DNA of 64,000 nucleotides, from assembly GCF_006345805.1 (NCBI RefSeq), contig NC_043001.1:90520001-90584000 (forward strand), read 5' to 3'. The translations under genes were made by a program, and so were the position numbers. A model generated the notes under the pieces. It was not told the DNA's origin, did not search any database, and saw nothing but the letters and a program-made list of their open reading frames with translations. Source of the DNA: Octopus sinensis (taxonomy: Eukaryota). This document shows, in pieces, positions 41,015-53,032 of this stretch (position 1 is the first letter of the stretch; every line of letters begins with the position of its first letter).

Positions 41015-41735
41015 ATATATCTGTTTCTTTAGTAGCCACACAGGGCTGAACACAGAGGGGACAAAATACAAAGTAGAGCTTTTCTTTTGGGGAAGAAGAG
41101 AGAAAAATGTGGGTCGAATTTCGATCAAAAGGAATCGTGGTAAAAAAAAAATGTCAATATAGAAAGGGAAAATAGATTAGGTTTATCCGTGGAAAGACCA
41201 CGGTAACCTTAAGCAATAATATGCAAAAAACACACATTACAATAAGTGACTCTCTTTTCCTTTCTTTTTTTGGTTCACAAGATTATGCTCAAGCTGGCTC
41301 CGTCATTCACACGTGCCATTCTTGCTACATTCACCCATCTTTTTTTTCTGAAAGATTCACTAGATAAAAACTTCCCTCTCTACTCTCACCTTCTTCTTCA
41401 AGTGATACTTGAAGAAGATGATGAGAGATTAACCAGAGGGGAAAGTGTTTGTCTCTAGACCTTTCAGACGCGTCTACCATACACATTCTTTCGCCATAGC
41501 CACAAGTACGATGAAAATAGTTCTTCCTTCCCGTTTCAAGGAAGGAGGCGCGACAATATTCACGATAGACTCAGTTGATAAACCGACTCGTCCCACACGC
41601 GATAGCAGTCGTTCGACATAGGCCCACTGGTTGGAAATGGTTGGACACTGTACGAGTGCGTGCAGGACGGTTTCTCGAGCCATGCCTGTAGAGCTTATCC
41701 CGGACGGGTAGCGCTTCTCGATAGCACTGCCAGGC
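41015..41735 (-). mobile_element. Tx1/L1-like LINE 3' end (C-terminal zinc-knuckle region and 3'UTR)
   Basis: Minus frame ARETVLHALVQCPTISNQWAYVERLLSRVG...LVAMAKECVW*TRLKGL...FFKYHLKKKVRVERE...RWVNVARMARVNDGASLSIIL*. The ET..H.L..CP motif is typical of the L1/Tx1 CCHC region. The 3'UTR ends tgtcccctctgtgttcagccctgtgtggctactaaagaaa. Confidence 0.75.
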
Positions 41736-41738
41736 CAG

Positions 41739-41772
<34 letters not shown>

Positions 41773-42976
41773 CGTATAAATGTCAAAATACTGAAGCATT
41801 ATCATCATCACTGGTAGCTCATTCCTCGACAATAAATTATTTGAAAACACTTATAAAACACTAATAAAATGGCAACCAAACAAAATCGATACGACTCATA
41901 AATAGATTTAAAGGATCTGAAATCTTACAATCTTGTTCAACAATCTATTGGCGCTGAAGCCATTCTTGAGTTACGTAGAAACGGCTAATGATTGATGGCA
42001 ATTATTTTGAAATAAAAATGGCAGATTAGTGTATTTAAAATAGGTTTTGTATGTTAAACTAAATTTCAGCATTGTCATATGAAGTTTCTAACTCTTTTGA
42101 TAATGAATAGAACTAACAAAACCTGACTAGGTTACTAATAAAATGTTACTAATTCGCTTTTTATACTATGAATTATTTATTGTACAATAGGTGAGAACAG
42201 TTTTTGTGATTTTCCTGTAAATTATGCAAATTAACTCAAGCCATAAATGTTTTTTACTTTTTTATGTATAAGTTTTATGTCGAGCTGAATTCAAGATAGG
42301 ACAACTGCTGTACTAATAACGTTCCTTGAGGCAGAAACGCCACTCCATTGTTTCACTCTTAATTACATTTATTCTTCTTTGTTACCCATGTTTACGTGTA
42401 TGTGTGTGTGTGTGTGCGTATGCCTCTGTGTGTGTATGTTCAAAGGCGTATAATTCAGACTCTTTGCCAAGGAAACAATCAGTGAACATTTGTATTTGAC
42501 TTATATTTAAGCAATCATTCTTAATTAATTAGCTATTCAGTATAGCTGACCCGAAGAACACTGGCGATTTGGTGACATGAACGCTTATATTTTATGATTA
42601 ACGTAAACAAATCTTGAAACATGTAAAAGATCAAATTATAGTGCAATAATTCTCATGGTTTTATATATAGTGGTTGTCATACAAATTTCCACGACACACC
42701 ATCAAATTTTATAGATTAATTATAACATATTAATCTATAAATGTATATTTTTTATGGTTGTCGTAAACAACTTCCTCAGACCAGCGTTAAATTTTGTAGG
42801 TTAAATCTAACGTATTGATTTTGAATTGCATATTATCATACGTTATTATCCGAAGACAAAAAAAAAGATTAGAATTTCGATACACAGTGTAATAATTGTT
42901 GCACTTGATTATGTTAGTAAAGGTTTAAGATAATCTAGAAATCTTCAGGCAAAGAAAGAGACCGACTAACATGAAA

Positions 42977-43320
42977 TTTACAAATACAATCTGTAAGTAG
43001 AACAGTTAAAATATGCAAGATTTTCACTAAATTTCAATTTGTAGCATTTAGTGTTGTTATCTAATTTTCAGTAATGGAGCTTACGTTTCTCTGTTAGAAA
43101 CCAGCTCCCTCCTGCATGGAATAATACTAATAAATAAAAAGTGAAAGTTTCCATGCAATGCAGTCTGTAAGTGGAACAGTAAAAGCCTACAAGTATTTCC
43201 TAAATTTCAAAATGAAATAATCATTGTTGTTATCCAAATTCCAGTGATGGAGCTTCTGTTTCTGTTTGAAACCAGCTTCCTCCTCGTAAGAATAATTCTA
43301 ATAAAAATAGAATAGTAAAG
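42977..43320 (+). mobile_element. Two tandem, heavily 5'-truncated R4/Dong-like LINE 3' ends (~42977-43140 and ~43153-43320)
   Basis: They translate as LQIQSVSRTVKICKIFTKFQ and MQMQSVSGTVKAYKYFLNFKM, matching LQVQSVSGTIKICKTFFKFQM at the end of 43455-44715, and carry the same 3'UTR hairpin. Confidence 0.8.
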
Positions 43321-43423
43321 ACATACATACATACATACATACATACATACATACATACATACATACATACATACATACATACATACATACATACATACAT
43401 ACATACATACATACATACATACA

Positions 43424-43452
<29 letters not shown>
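43321..43452. repeat. (CATA)n microsatellite
   Basis: Directly visible perfect tract. Confidence 0.95.
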
Positions 43453-43454
<2 letters not shown>

Positions 43455-44715
43455 GGGATACTAGATTGGTCTGTTGGGGAAATCCACTCCATAAATATCA
43501 AAACCCGCAAAATCCTGACAACAACTGGGAACTCCCACAGTAACAGTAATGTTAACAGGTTCTACCTAAGAAGAAATAAAGGCGGTAGATGCCTGAGATC
43601 AGTGTAGACGACCTCCGAATGCTGTATGGTCTCACTCAGGCGGCACCTGCTAAACAACAGTAGCAAAAATAAATATATTAATGCAGTCCTGAAAAATGAA
43701 GTGAGCAACATTGTACGAGTTGGCAGTGAACTCCTCAAGAAACACTCTCTTCCTGATGATTTCCTATACAGCCCCGAAACAGCTGGGCTCTCTTACCTTA
43801 GAGAAGACCTGGATGGAAAGCACTCAGCATACAAAAAAAAGACCATGCATGGGCATGTTGCCCAGAAGCTTGAAGAAGACAGTAGAATAGACACGAAGCG
43901 CAGCCTTTCTTGGACACATGACCACTATTTCACATCACACTTTGAAGGCTATGCGTTTGCAATCCAGGAACAGGAGATTGCTACGAAATGCTTTGTGAAC
44001 AAGAGAGACAGTGACTCTCTTGTAATCCCAAGGGGCAACCGCATATGTAGGCCTGTCATGTTTCTGTAGAAGACATTACACATCTGATTAGCAGCTGTCC
44101 TAAAATGTCGTCGCGGTACTACCTCTCAATGCAGCAGGATGTTGTTGCTAAAACAATTTACAATGCCAGCCGCAAAAAAGAATGTCTTAAAATAAACTTA
44201 GAAAATCCCTTTGTTATGGAATACATTCATAAACACCAATTCAAGGAATACTGGTGGAATATTCCCATCAAAACTTCTGTCAAATAACAGGTCGGATATC
44301 GTTGTTTGGGACAGAGGAGAAAATGTATGTATCATCACAGAGGTCAGCTGCCCTACAGATATAAATACATCTTTGAAAATCAATGAGAAAGAGGCTATCT
44401 ATGGACAACTTCTTCGAAACCTCCAGCTTCTATATCTAGACTATGAATTCATATTCATACCAATAATAATTGGACCATTAGGTTTTGTTAGTAAATGCTT
44501 AAAGGAGAATCTGGATAAAGTGGAATTTTCAGAAAGAGAAATTTACCTTTTGATTCGTACATTACAAGTCCAATCTGTGAGTGGAACAATAAAAATATGC
44601 AAGACTTTCTTCAAGTTCCAAATGTAAATTTATCTGTGTTAACTACATCCCAAAGATGGAGCCGTGTATCTTTGTTGGAAACCGGCTCCTTCATCAGTGG
44701 AAGATTTATAATAAT
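43455..44715 (+). mobile_element. R4/Dong-like non-LTR retrotransposon with restriction-like endonuclease, 5'-truncated and degenerate
   Basis: KTRKILTTTGNSHSNSNVNRFYLRRNKGGRCL; AIQEQEIATK; CR...VEDITHLISSCPKMSSRYYL..QDVVAKTIY (CCHC finger); NRSDIVVWDRGENVCIITEVSCPTD...KINEKEAIY...IPIIIGPLG (PD..D/E..K RLE domain); tail ataataat. Confidence 0.85.
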
Positions 44716-45583
44716 CAAAAAATTGAAGAGACATACACATACATACATACACATACATGCAAACATACATACATACACATACTCATACATACATACATAC
44801 ATACATACATACATACATACATACATACATACATACATACATACACGTATAGAAAAAGGAGGAATATATCGAATAAGCTTTCTACTCGGCCGCTTGACCT
44901 ACTATAGATAGTAACCAAATCTATTTCAAATCGCAGCTTACCAACTTAGAAAACGAAGAGATACAAAACTGTTAACTGGGAATTGGTGCGTTACCTTTGT
45001 GCACGAATAATGCCTTTTGTTTTGTTTTGTTTTCTTTTGTTTTTCTTTTACTTATGATTTCTGAAACTTCAAGATTGAACCTTTTTACTGACGTGTCTGA
45101 CATATGACATCTCTCTCTACGTTCCGTAACTTTGTTAGTCTGTTAATCGGATAAAGACGAGGATGTTTGACAACGCCATAACACAGCTCTGTCAGAGTCA
45201 GAACCGTTACTAGAGAACTGAATGATTGGCATGCACTTTAGTTTATTTTCCTTGCTGTATTTTTTTTTTTTTTTTTTTGCTTTTGGTGCTGGGGATTGTT
45301 TTTTAAGCGTTTTTTCTTCTCTGGAAGACGAAAGCTTTTTTAATTTTCATTTTCGCCCGTTTTTATATATCTATGCATTTCATATCCTATAATATGGTTG
45401 CAGTGTCTGTAAGTGTATAGTAAGTGTGTGTGTGTTTTGCTTTCATCCAATTGTTCAACAAAATAAAACGAGTTCAATTATAGAATAATTATTTAAGAAC
45501 GTGTTTAAAAAAACACATCCAATTCAATTAATACCATCATCTCTGATCGTACTCTAGCCGCTGTTGTTGCTGCTGCTGCAGCC

Positions 45584-45658
<75 letters not shown>

Positions 45659-45684
45659 TTACTACTACTATTATTATTATTATT

Positions 45685-46150
45685 ATTGAGTGAGTGAGAG
45701 AGCAGTGCATGCCATCAAAGTGGACACTGGGGTAAAATATACGAAGCCCAGTATACCCATCATGACAACCTGTCTGATAAGGGTACAGCAGGCATATGCA
45801 TGACAATCATATGTGCGCCACATTGTGATCACGTATCAAGATAAACAGTGCATGACCTTGCAGGTAGGGCCTAATTAGAATTTTCTTCAGGTTGAGTAGC
45901 CCAATCTGCTCAAAAGGTCCCTGAATAAGGGTTGTTTAAGGATTTTGAACGAAACTCCCATGTTTCCAAAGGTGAAATATCCAGACCTCCAAAGAATTCC
46001 TCTCAACACATGGCTATGATGCTCCCCCACTACTTCTCTTCATGATCAGAAATGCATATATCGTCAGCCACTAAGGGACATTATCAACTGGTTATGGTCA
46101 AACAACTGACAAGCAAATCTGTGGTATTGAGCATAATTTTTACATGATAA
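45685..46150 (-). mobile_element. Unclassified LINE-like 3' end terminating in (AAT)n
   Basis: The minus strand ends ...gatggcatgcactgctctctcactcactc followed by (aat)n, with a stop-ridden reading frame upstream. Clade not determined. Confidence 0.5.
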
Positions 46151-46189
46151 CACTTCCAATCAGTTAAGATCAGAAGCCATGAGCGACAC

Positions 46190-46410
46190 TGACACCGAGC
46201 TTGCAGAATCGTTAGCACGCTGGCCAAAATACTTAGCATTTCGTCCACCTTCATATTCTGAGTTCAAATTCCGCCGAGGTTGACTTTGCCTATCATCCTT
46301 TCGGGACCGATGAAATAAGTACCAGTTGAACACTGGGTTCAATGTAATCGACTACCCCATCCCCCGAAATTGCTGGCCTTGTACCAAAATGTGAAATCAT
46401 TATTATTATC
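46190..46410 (+). mobile_element. SINE-B with tail B
   Basis: gagcttgcagaatcgttagc...gagttcaaattccgccgagg...ccccgaaattgctggccttgtaccaaaatgtgaaatc. Confidence 0.85.
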
Positions 46411-47185
46411 GTTTTACTTCTCAGAGCGCTCGGTCTTGTACGCTCTGGATGATTCTGTGAGAGCGGACAGCAGCCTGTTGTCAGAGGTCTCGCAGTGTCT
46501 CTTTCCGTACATTATAAGCCTTGATAGTTGATTGTTAATGATTGTGGAAGACATTCAACACCTAAGTACCAATCTCAGAATTCTAGCTGTCCCCAACAAA
46601 GCAGTTTGTGGGGCTTGCTCTGCTCTCGTATCAATTCCAATTTCTCAGACATATTTCTCGAACTTGGTTGTTAGTACTCCGAGTGCCCCTACAACTACTA
46701 GGATAACAGACGGTCTCCTCATGGTCCACATTCTTGCAATTTCGTCTTTTAGTAGTCTGTACTTTTCCATCTTTTCCAGCTCTTTGTCACTTATGCTTGC
46801 ATCCCCAGGTATTGCAATATCTATAATCTTAGTTTCCATTTTTTCTTTATCTACCACAACAATATCTGGTCTCTGAGCATCGATTAGGGGACCACATTGG
46901 ATTGTAAAATACCACAGTATCTTATATTCATTTTTCTCAGTGACTCCTTCTGGTCCATGGTCATACAATTTCCGTGCTCTGTCCAAGCCGCACTTTTCAC
47001 ATAGACACCAGTGAATAAACTTAGCCTCCTTTTGTAGTGCTTTAGGGCCAGCCAACTACACTCACTCACACTATGTGAGATTGTTTCCTTTCTGCTGCCA
47101 CACACCCTACGAAGAGGCGATTTGCTGCTCATATCTATTTGGAACTTGTTGTAATTAGTTCTCAGAGCTTGTTCCTGGGCGCTGG
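46410..47185 (-). mobile_element. Second R4/Dong-like RLE LINE 3' portion
   Basis: AQEQALRTNY...RVCGSRKETISHSVSEC (CCHC), KILWYFTIQC...AQRPDIVVVDKEKMETKIIDIAIPGDASISDKELEKMEKY...VVVGALGV (RLE). Its 3' end abuts (TAA)n. Confidence 0.9.
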
Positions 47186-47336
47186 CCCATTGATCGGTTG
47201 AAAAACATTGAACGACCTAGAAAATTAATGCCACTCTCTTCAGAGTCATTTCTGATTATAACTAAGCAAAACACTGAAAGAATGGTATACAAACAGAGAG
47301 CTTATAAAGTATTTTACCTTGGTTGACAATCACTTG

Positions 47337-47379
<43 letters not shown>

Positions 47380-47384
<5 letters not shown>

Positions 47385-47612
47385 TGCATGCGTGTGAGTT
47401 CGTCTGTGTTTATCCTGTCAACACCTGACAACTGGTATTGGTTTGATTACGTGCTCATAAATTGTTAGTTCAGCAAAAAGAAGACGATAGAATAAATACC
47501 AGGTTTGAAATAAATACTGGGATCCGTCTGTTCGGCGAAACCCTTCAAAGTGGTGCCTCAGAGCGGCCGCCGTCCACTAACTGAAGCAGGCAAAAGAATA
47601 AGGAAGTAAAAG
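47380..47612 (+). mobile_element. SINE-A 3' half, diverged
   Basis: gatagaataaatacc...ccttcaaagtggtgcctcagagcggccgc...ctgaagcaggcaaaagaataa. Confidence 0.7.
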
Positions 47613-47740
47613 AATAATCTTTTTTTTTTACTTTCAGTCAAAAGTACAAAGAATAATCATTATTAAGGTGGCCAACTGGTAAAATCGTTGGCACGCTGGA
47701 CAAACTATAAGTCATCTTTCTATTATAGAAAGGTTTCTTA

Positions 47741-49135
47741 TTGGGTTGGCCAAAAAGTTCTCTTTTTACTCTTTTACTTGTTTCAGTCATGTGACTGTGG
47801 CCATGCTGGAGCACCGCCTTTAGTCGAGAAAATCGACCCCGGGATTTAGTCTTTGTAAGCTTAGTACTTATTTTATCGGTCTCTTTTGCCGAACCGCTAA
47901 GTTCCTTCAGTTTTTTTGTCTTTTTGTTTTGTAGACATTAAACTTTAAGCACTTTAATAAGTGGCTTACTTAAGTCTGGTCCCTGCGCTTGCGGGCTTGT
48001 AAGATACATGGCCCTTCATCGTAGTTCGACGCGAACTTGCGACGAGACAACCTGTATTTTGTGTGCGTGGATCCCTCTGAAAATCAAAACGAACATTATC
48101 GATACATTATGCTTTTTTATTTTAAAAAAGGCAAGAAAGCGACAAAAACCTACTGGAAGTGTGTTGTGTGCGGGGAGAACACTATTAAGAAATACGTATG
48201 CCAGAAGGAAGCGGTTTTCAAGTTTTCGATGGGGTGGGGAAAGTTTTCGGTTCAAGATGCATCACGCTCTGACCAGCCAACTATTAACAGCAATACTAAA
48301 ACTTGTCATGTAACTAGGATGATCGCAGGTATTCCCGAAATAACCAAACCGAGTGTTGAAAAGCTTCTGCACCAAATTGGTTACGACAGATGTGTCGATG
48401 TTTGGGTGCCACATCAATTAAATAAGGCTAACCTCGCCCAACAGATTTTCATCAGTGAATCGTTTGCAAAAACGTGAAGAAAACGATCCTTTTTTAAGAA
48501 AATGATGACAGGGGACGAAAAAGTATCGTTTATAATAATGTGAAGTGCAAGCGACCGTGGGAAAGTGCAGCGAGGCACTATAAACAAGCTCCAAAGCAAG
48601 ACTTCACCCGCAGAAGGTTATACTTTCAATATGGTGGGATTGGAAGGGTGATGATTTTTACAAGCTTCATCCCACGGATAAGACCATCAGATGTGTACTG
48701 CGACGAGCTGGACAAATTAAATGCAGCAATCTACCAGAAGCGTCCATCATTTTCTAATATTAAGGGCATCTCGACAATGCCAGACCACACACTACTTTGC
48801 AAATCTAGCAGAAGTCAGGAGGGATCGGGTGGAAAGTTTTGCCGTATTGTCCATATTTGACAGACTTTGCGCCTTCAGATTCCCACTTATTTTGGTATCT
48901 TCAAAATTTATTGAAAGGACAGACCTTCAACTCTGAAGAGAATGTGAAAATTCACCTGGAAGAGATTTTCGCCAGTAAAGACTAAATTATTTGAGCAGGA
49001 GTTAATGGATCAGCCCTCAAGATAGCAGATATTAGAACGAAACGGTGACTATATCATTGATGACTAAATAGCTTCGTATTTAAAATTTGTGTCTTATTTT
49101 CGCTAAAAAAAAAAACGAACATTTTGGCCGACCCA
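47741..49135 (+). mobile_element. Mariner transposon with both TIRs, degenerate transposase; SINE-A fragment nested at ~47763-47900
   Basis: TIRs ttgggttggccaaaaagttc (47741) and aacatttttggccgaccca (~49118-49135). Protein fragments HYRYIMLFYFKKGKKA, DVWVPHQL, MMTGDEK, VYCDELDKL and an SPYxPDLAPSDxH-like C-terminal motif. Confidence 0.9.
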
Positions 49136-49137
49136 GT

Positions 49138-49230
49138 AGTAAAAGACACTTACTCAAGATGTCTCGCAGTGGGATCGAACCCGAAACCAGGTAGTTGAGA
49201 AGCAAACTTCTTACCACACAGCCATGCCAG
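49138..49230 (-). mobile_element. SINE-A head fragment
   Basis: Reverse complement ggcatggctgtgtggtaagaagtttgcttc...gggttcgatcccactgcg. Confidence 0.75.
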
Positions 49231-49764
49231 CAAAAGGATCATGACAGTGTGACTCCAAACCGTTGCACTTGTTGCCTACCTTTGTCAAGAGTATAGTGTG
49301 AGTGGAGTCAGCTCTATCATCTCATCTTACAATTTGTGACCTTGGATGTCTAAGTAGTAGAACCGGTTCCTTACTGGATTAAATTATACGTTTTATTTAG
49401 ATATACAGTAACATCGTTTTGTATCCTGAGAAAAATTACCCCGCCAACCTGACCTAGATCATTATTTTTTAAATTTTTATCCTTTCTTTTTCATCATGTT
49501 AATGAAAAATATACCAACCATATAATGAGGTTGATTCAATCAACCAATCAACTGTACATTTTCCTACAGTTGTCAGGGCTTGTACTAAAATTAAAAGCTG
49601 TTGTTATCATCGTTCATTTTGTTGTGAATGTTATTGATCCTGTTCCTACTCCTACTCCTACTCCTGCCGTTGCTGGTGCTGCTGCTTAGTTGACGACGAC
49701 GAGGACGACGGCGACAACGACATGATGATGATGATGATGATGGGGAGGAGGAGGTCCATAAAAT

Positions 49765-50155
49765 TTTTGAGGCACCGAAACATCATAGTGATTCACATAT
49801 TCAAGTGCTTTTAAATGCCTTATAAAGCTCATATGTGAAGTACGAGTATCCCTGTGATGTGTCGTGTCGTGTTACCTGGATCATTTTCGAAAACTAGTGC
49901 TTCGATTTCGTCATCATCAAAATTGTAGGCCTGTCGGAATGTTCACGGTCTTCCAGATTAAAATTTTCACTCCTAAACCTAGTGAACCACTTACGAACAT
50001 TACTCTCAGCGACTGCATCATTTCCATAAACTTAACAACTTCTTTGTTGTTTGAACAGCGTCTTTTCCTTTCTGGAAATAAAAGAGCATTAAATAACGAA
50101 AATGTGTCTCGTTTTCCTCCATTTTCACTCTTAAAGTAAAAACAGTAGTGATAGA
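49765..50155 (-). mobile_element. Mariner transposase 5' relic
   Basis: Minus frames MEENETHFRYLMLFYFQKGKDAVQTTKK...NFNLEDREHSDRP. Confidence 0.8.
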
Positions 50156-50221
50156 CTACCCATACAGTAATTGTAGAGAAAGACGTGTTGAAGTGTCATC
50201 TTTCATTTTATATATATATAT

Positions 50222-50277
<56 letters not shown>

Positions 50278-50281
50278 GAGA

Positions 50282-50320
<39 letters not shown>

Positions 50321-50325
<5 letters not shown>

Positions 50326-50745
50326 GGGCCAAAAGTAGCGTACCAGCTTTATGAGTCCTAATTATATGTGTCTGTTAGTTCTGTAGTTTCTTGATGCTTG
50401 CTGCTATAATTTCTACATGTCATTGATTGTTCGACGTGTCGAATTTTGTGAGAGAATGCTGGCAGAAGCTAGAGTTTCCGGATTTTTGATCGACTCATTT
50501 TCTCTGATGAAGCGACCTTCGATGTTTCTGGTCACAACAACCGCCATAACTGCTTGTATTATTCAGAAGATGATACTGAAGTGGTTTGGGAAAATCACGT
50601 CAATTTACCTTGTCATTTGGGAAGCGATATCGTCTTCAGGAATTTGTGCATTCCATATTCAACGAGAGACGATGAATGGTCATTGTTACCTGGGGCTGTG
50701 TGAAAATATCATCTGGCCGTGTTTTCGATTCCAGAATCTTTGTAC
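50321..50745 (+). mobile_element. Tc1/maT-like transposase relic
   Basis: RRVEFCERMLAE...FSDEATFDVSGHNNRHNC (first catalytic Asp motif); TIR-like agggtgggccaaaagtag at 50321. Confidence 0.7.
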
Positions 50746-51305
50746 AAGATGTCTTTTTGGTCAGCTGAAAGCAGTTTTCGCAGAAACTTGGCAGACACGC
50801 ATCTCATACTCAAATCTTCAGTGATAATAGACTGAACTGAACTGTAACTAATCTGCACATTCTCTTATAAATCACAGGTCGTTATTCGACGATTTCCACT
50901 CAAATCTGCACGCACATCTGCGATGTTTTTCTCATTTCTGCTGGTTGTGGGTCTCTCAGAACGTCCATCAATATCGACTTTTTTTCTGTCATCTTGAAAA
51001 CGTCTAAACCACTAGAACACTTGTGTGCGGCTCATACACTCCTCTCCATAAACTTTCTGCAACATTACATAGGCCTCTGAGCAGGTATCACCAAGACAAG
51101 TTTTTCTCTCATAGTCAATGCGACGATCACACGCTACACACCTTCCTTCTAAGCACTACTGTAAACAGTGGAAGTGTGCTAGAACGTTACAACTTACTGC
51201 ACAAGCACTGCAGAGGTCAAGGTTAATCATTGTCGAGCGGTTTCACTCTGCGTGTTTTAGCTTCGTTACTTTGGCAACAGCCCGGACACTTATTGATCAG
51301 ACGAC
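50745..51305 (-). mobile_element. Non-autonomous mariner derivative (same family as 56617-57200)
   Basis: The end ttagcttcgttactttggcaacagcccggacacttattgatcag is the reverse complement of the start of 56617-57200. The internal VSAKTAFS*PKRHL region matches the VSAxFxPKLL coding fragment. Confidence 0.85.
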
Positions 51306-51333
51306 CACCTATATATGTTTGTGTGTGCGTGTT

Positions 51334-51415
<82 letters not shown>

Positions 51416-51467
51416 GATAGATAGATAGATAGACATTTATACATACACAAATATACAAATGCATATA

Positions 51468-51536
<69 letters not shown>

Positions 51537-51575
51537 ATATATATAGATATAGATATATATATACATATATATATA

Positions 51576-51642
<67 letters not shown>

Positions 51643-51841
51643 CATACATACATACATAAATATAGGACAATCGGTTAGTTGTCATAATAAAACTCAGAGT
51701 TTCGGATGTCAGGGCTGAAGAGTTTTATTATGACAACTAACTGATTGACCTGTATTATATTTATAGATAAATTCCCCTATATACATAATATCGAGGTCTC
51801 ATTCATTCTTTTGTTGTCATATTATCATTATTATTATTATA

Positions 51842-51900
<59 letters not shown>

Positions 51901-51936
51901 ATTATTATTTATTATTATTATTATTATTTATTATTA

Positions 51937-51977
<41 letters not shown>

Positions 51978-52466
51978 GCACATACACTCACATATATATG
52001 TATGTATATCTATCTTTCTGTCTGTATATATATTTATATGTATTTATATGTGCGTGTTTGTATTGACATTGATATTGATATAAACCGATATTTATTACTT
52101 GTTCTTGAACAATAACTAACAACTAACAATGACGTCAATCACATAACATTTTGCCATTTCATAAAACAAAGCATTATTGATTTTGAGCGCAGAATTCACA
52201 TCCTCCATGAATAATTGGAAGACATTAAAAGGTGGCTGAATGTTACAAAGTACATCGTTTCGCACTACATCATTTTATTAAATGTTATAAGTATTACAAC
52301 AGTTTTAAAATGCTGAGCACTCATCAGCCATTAATAGAGGTTTTCCATTCTTGTTGCTTATTTTTGATTATAATCACCCCATGGATTTATATGGATAACA
52401 CCATAAAAATCTCTGGTGCATCTAACTTAAGTACCATATTCATTTGAATCTAAATTTTGCTGAACT

Positions 52467-52548
<82 letters not shown>

Positions 52549-52619
52549 CATACATACATATATATACACATATATATATGTGTGTGTATGTATGTATGTA
52601 GGTATGTATGTATATATTA

Positions 52620-52830
52620 CATTTTACTTGCTTCAGTCATTGAACTGCAGTCAGCTGGGGCGCCGCCTTGAAGGGTTTAGCCAAACAAATCGACCACGGT
52701 ACTTATTTATTTTTAATGCTTGGAATTGCTTTCGCCGTCTTTTGCCGAACTGCTTACTCACGGAGAAGTAAACAAACCAACAGCGGTTGTCAAGTGGTAG
52801 GGAGAAATAAAGACAGACACACAACACACA
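52620..52830 (-). mobile_element. SINE-A 3' half
   Basis: ttttacttgcttcagtcattgaactgcagtcagctggggcgccgccttg...ttttgccgaactgct. Confidence 0.8.
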
Positions 52831-52868
52831 CATATATATACATGTATACACATATATGTATATATATA

Positions 52869-52939
<71 letters not shown>

Positions 52940-53032
52940 CATACATACATACATACATACATACATACATACATACATACATACATTTGTGAAATACATT
53001 TGTTAAAAAGGAAAACAATCACCAACGCAAGA

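Noticed and set aside
44655-44700. Minus-strand CTGATGA next to a GGAGCCG/CGGCTCC stem (hammerhead-like)
   Set aside because: There is no GAAA after the stem, and CTGATGA is not conserved in the two homologous stubs at 42977-43320; better explained as the LINE 3'UTR hairpin.
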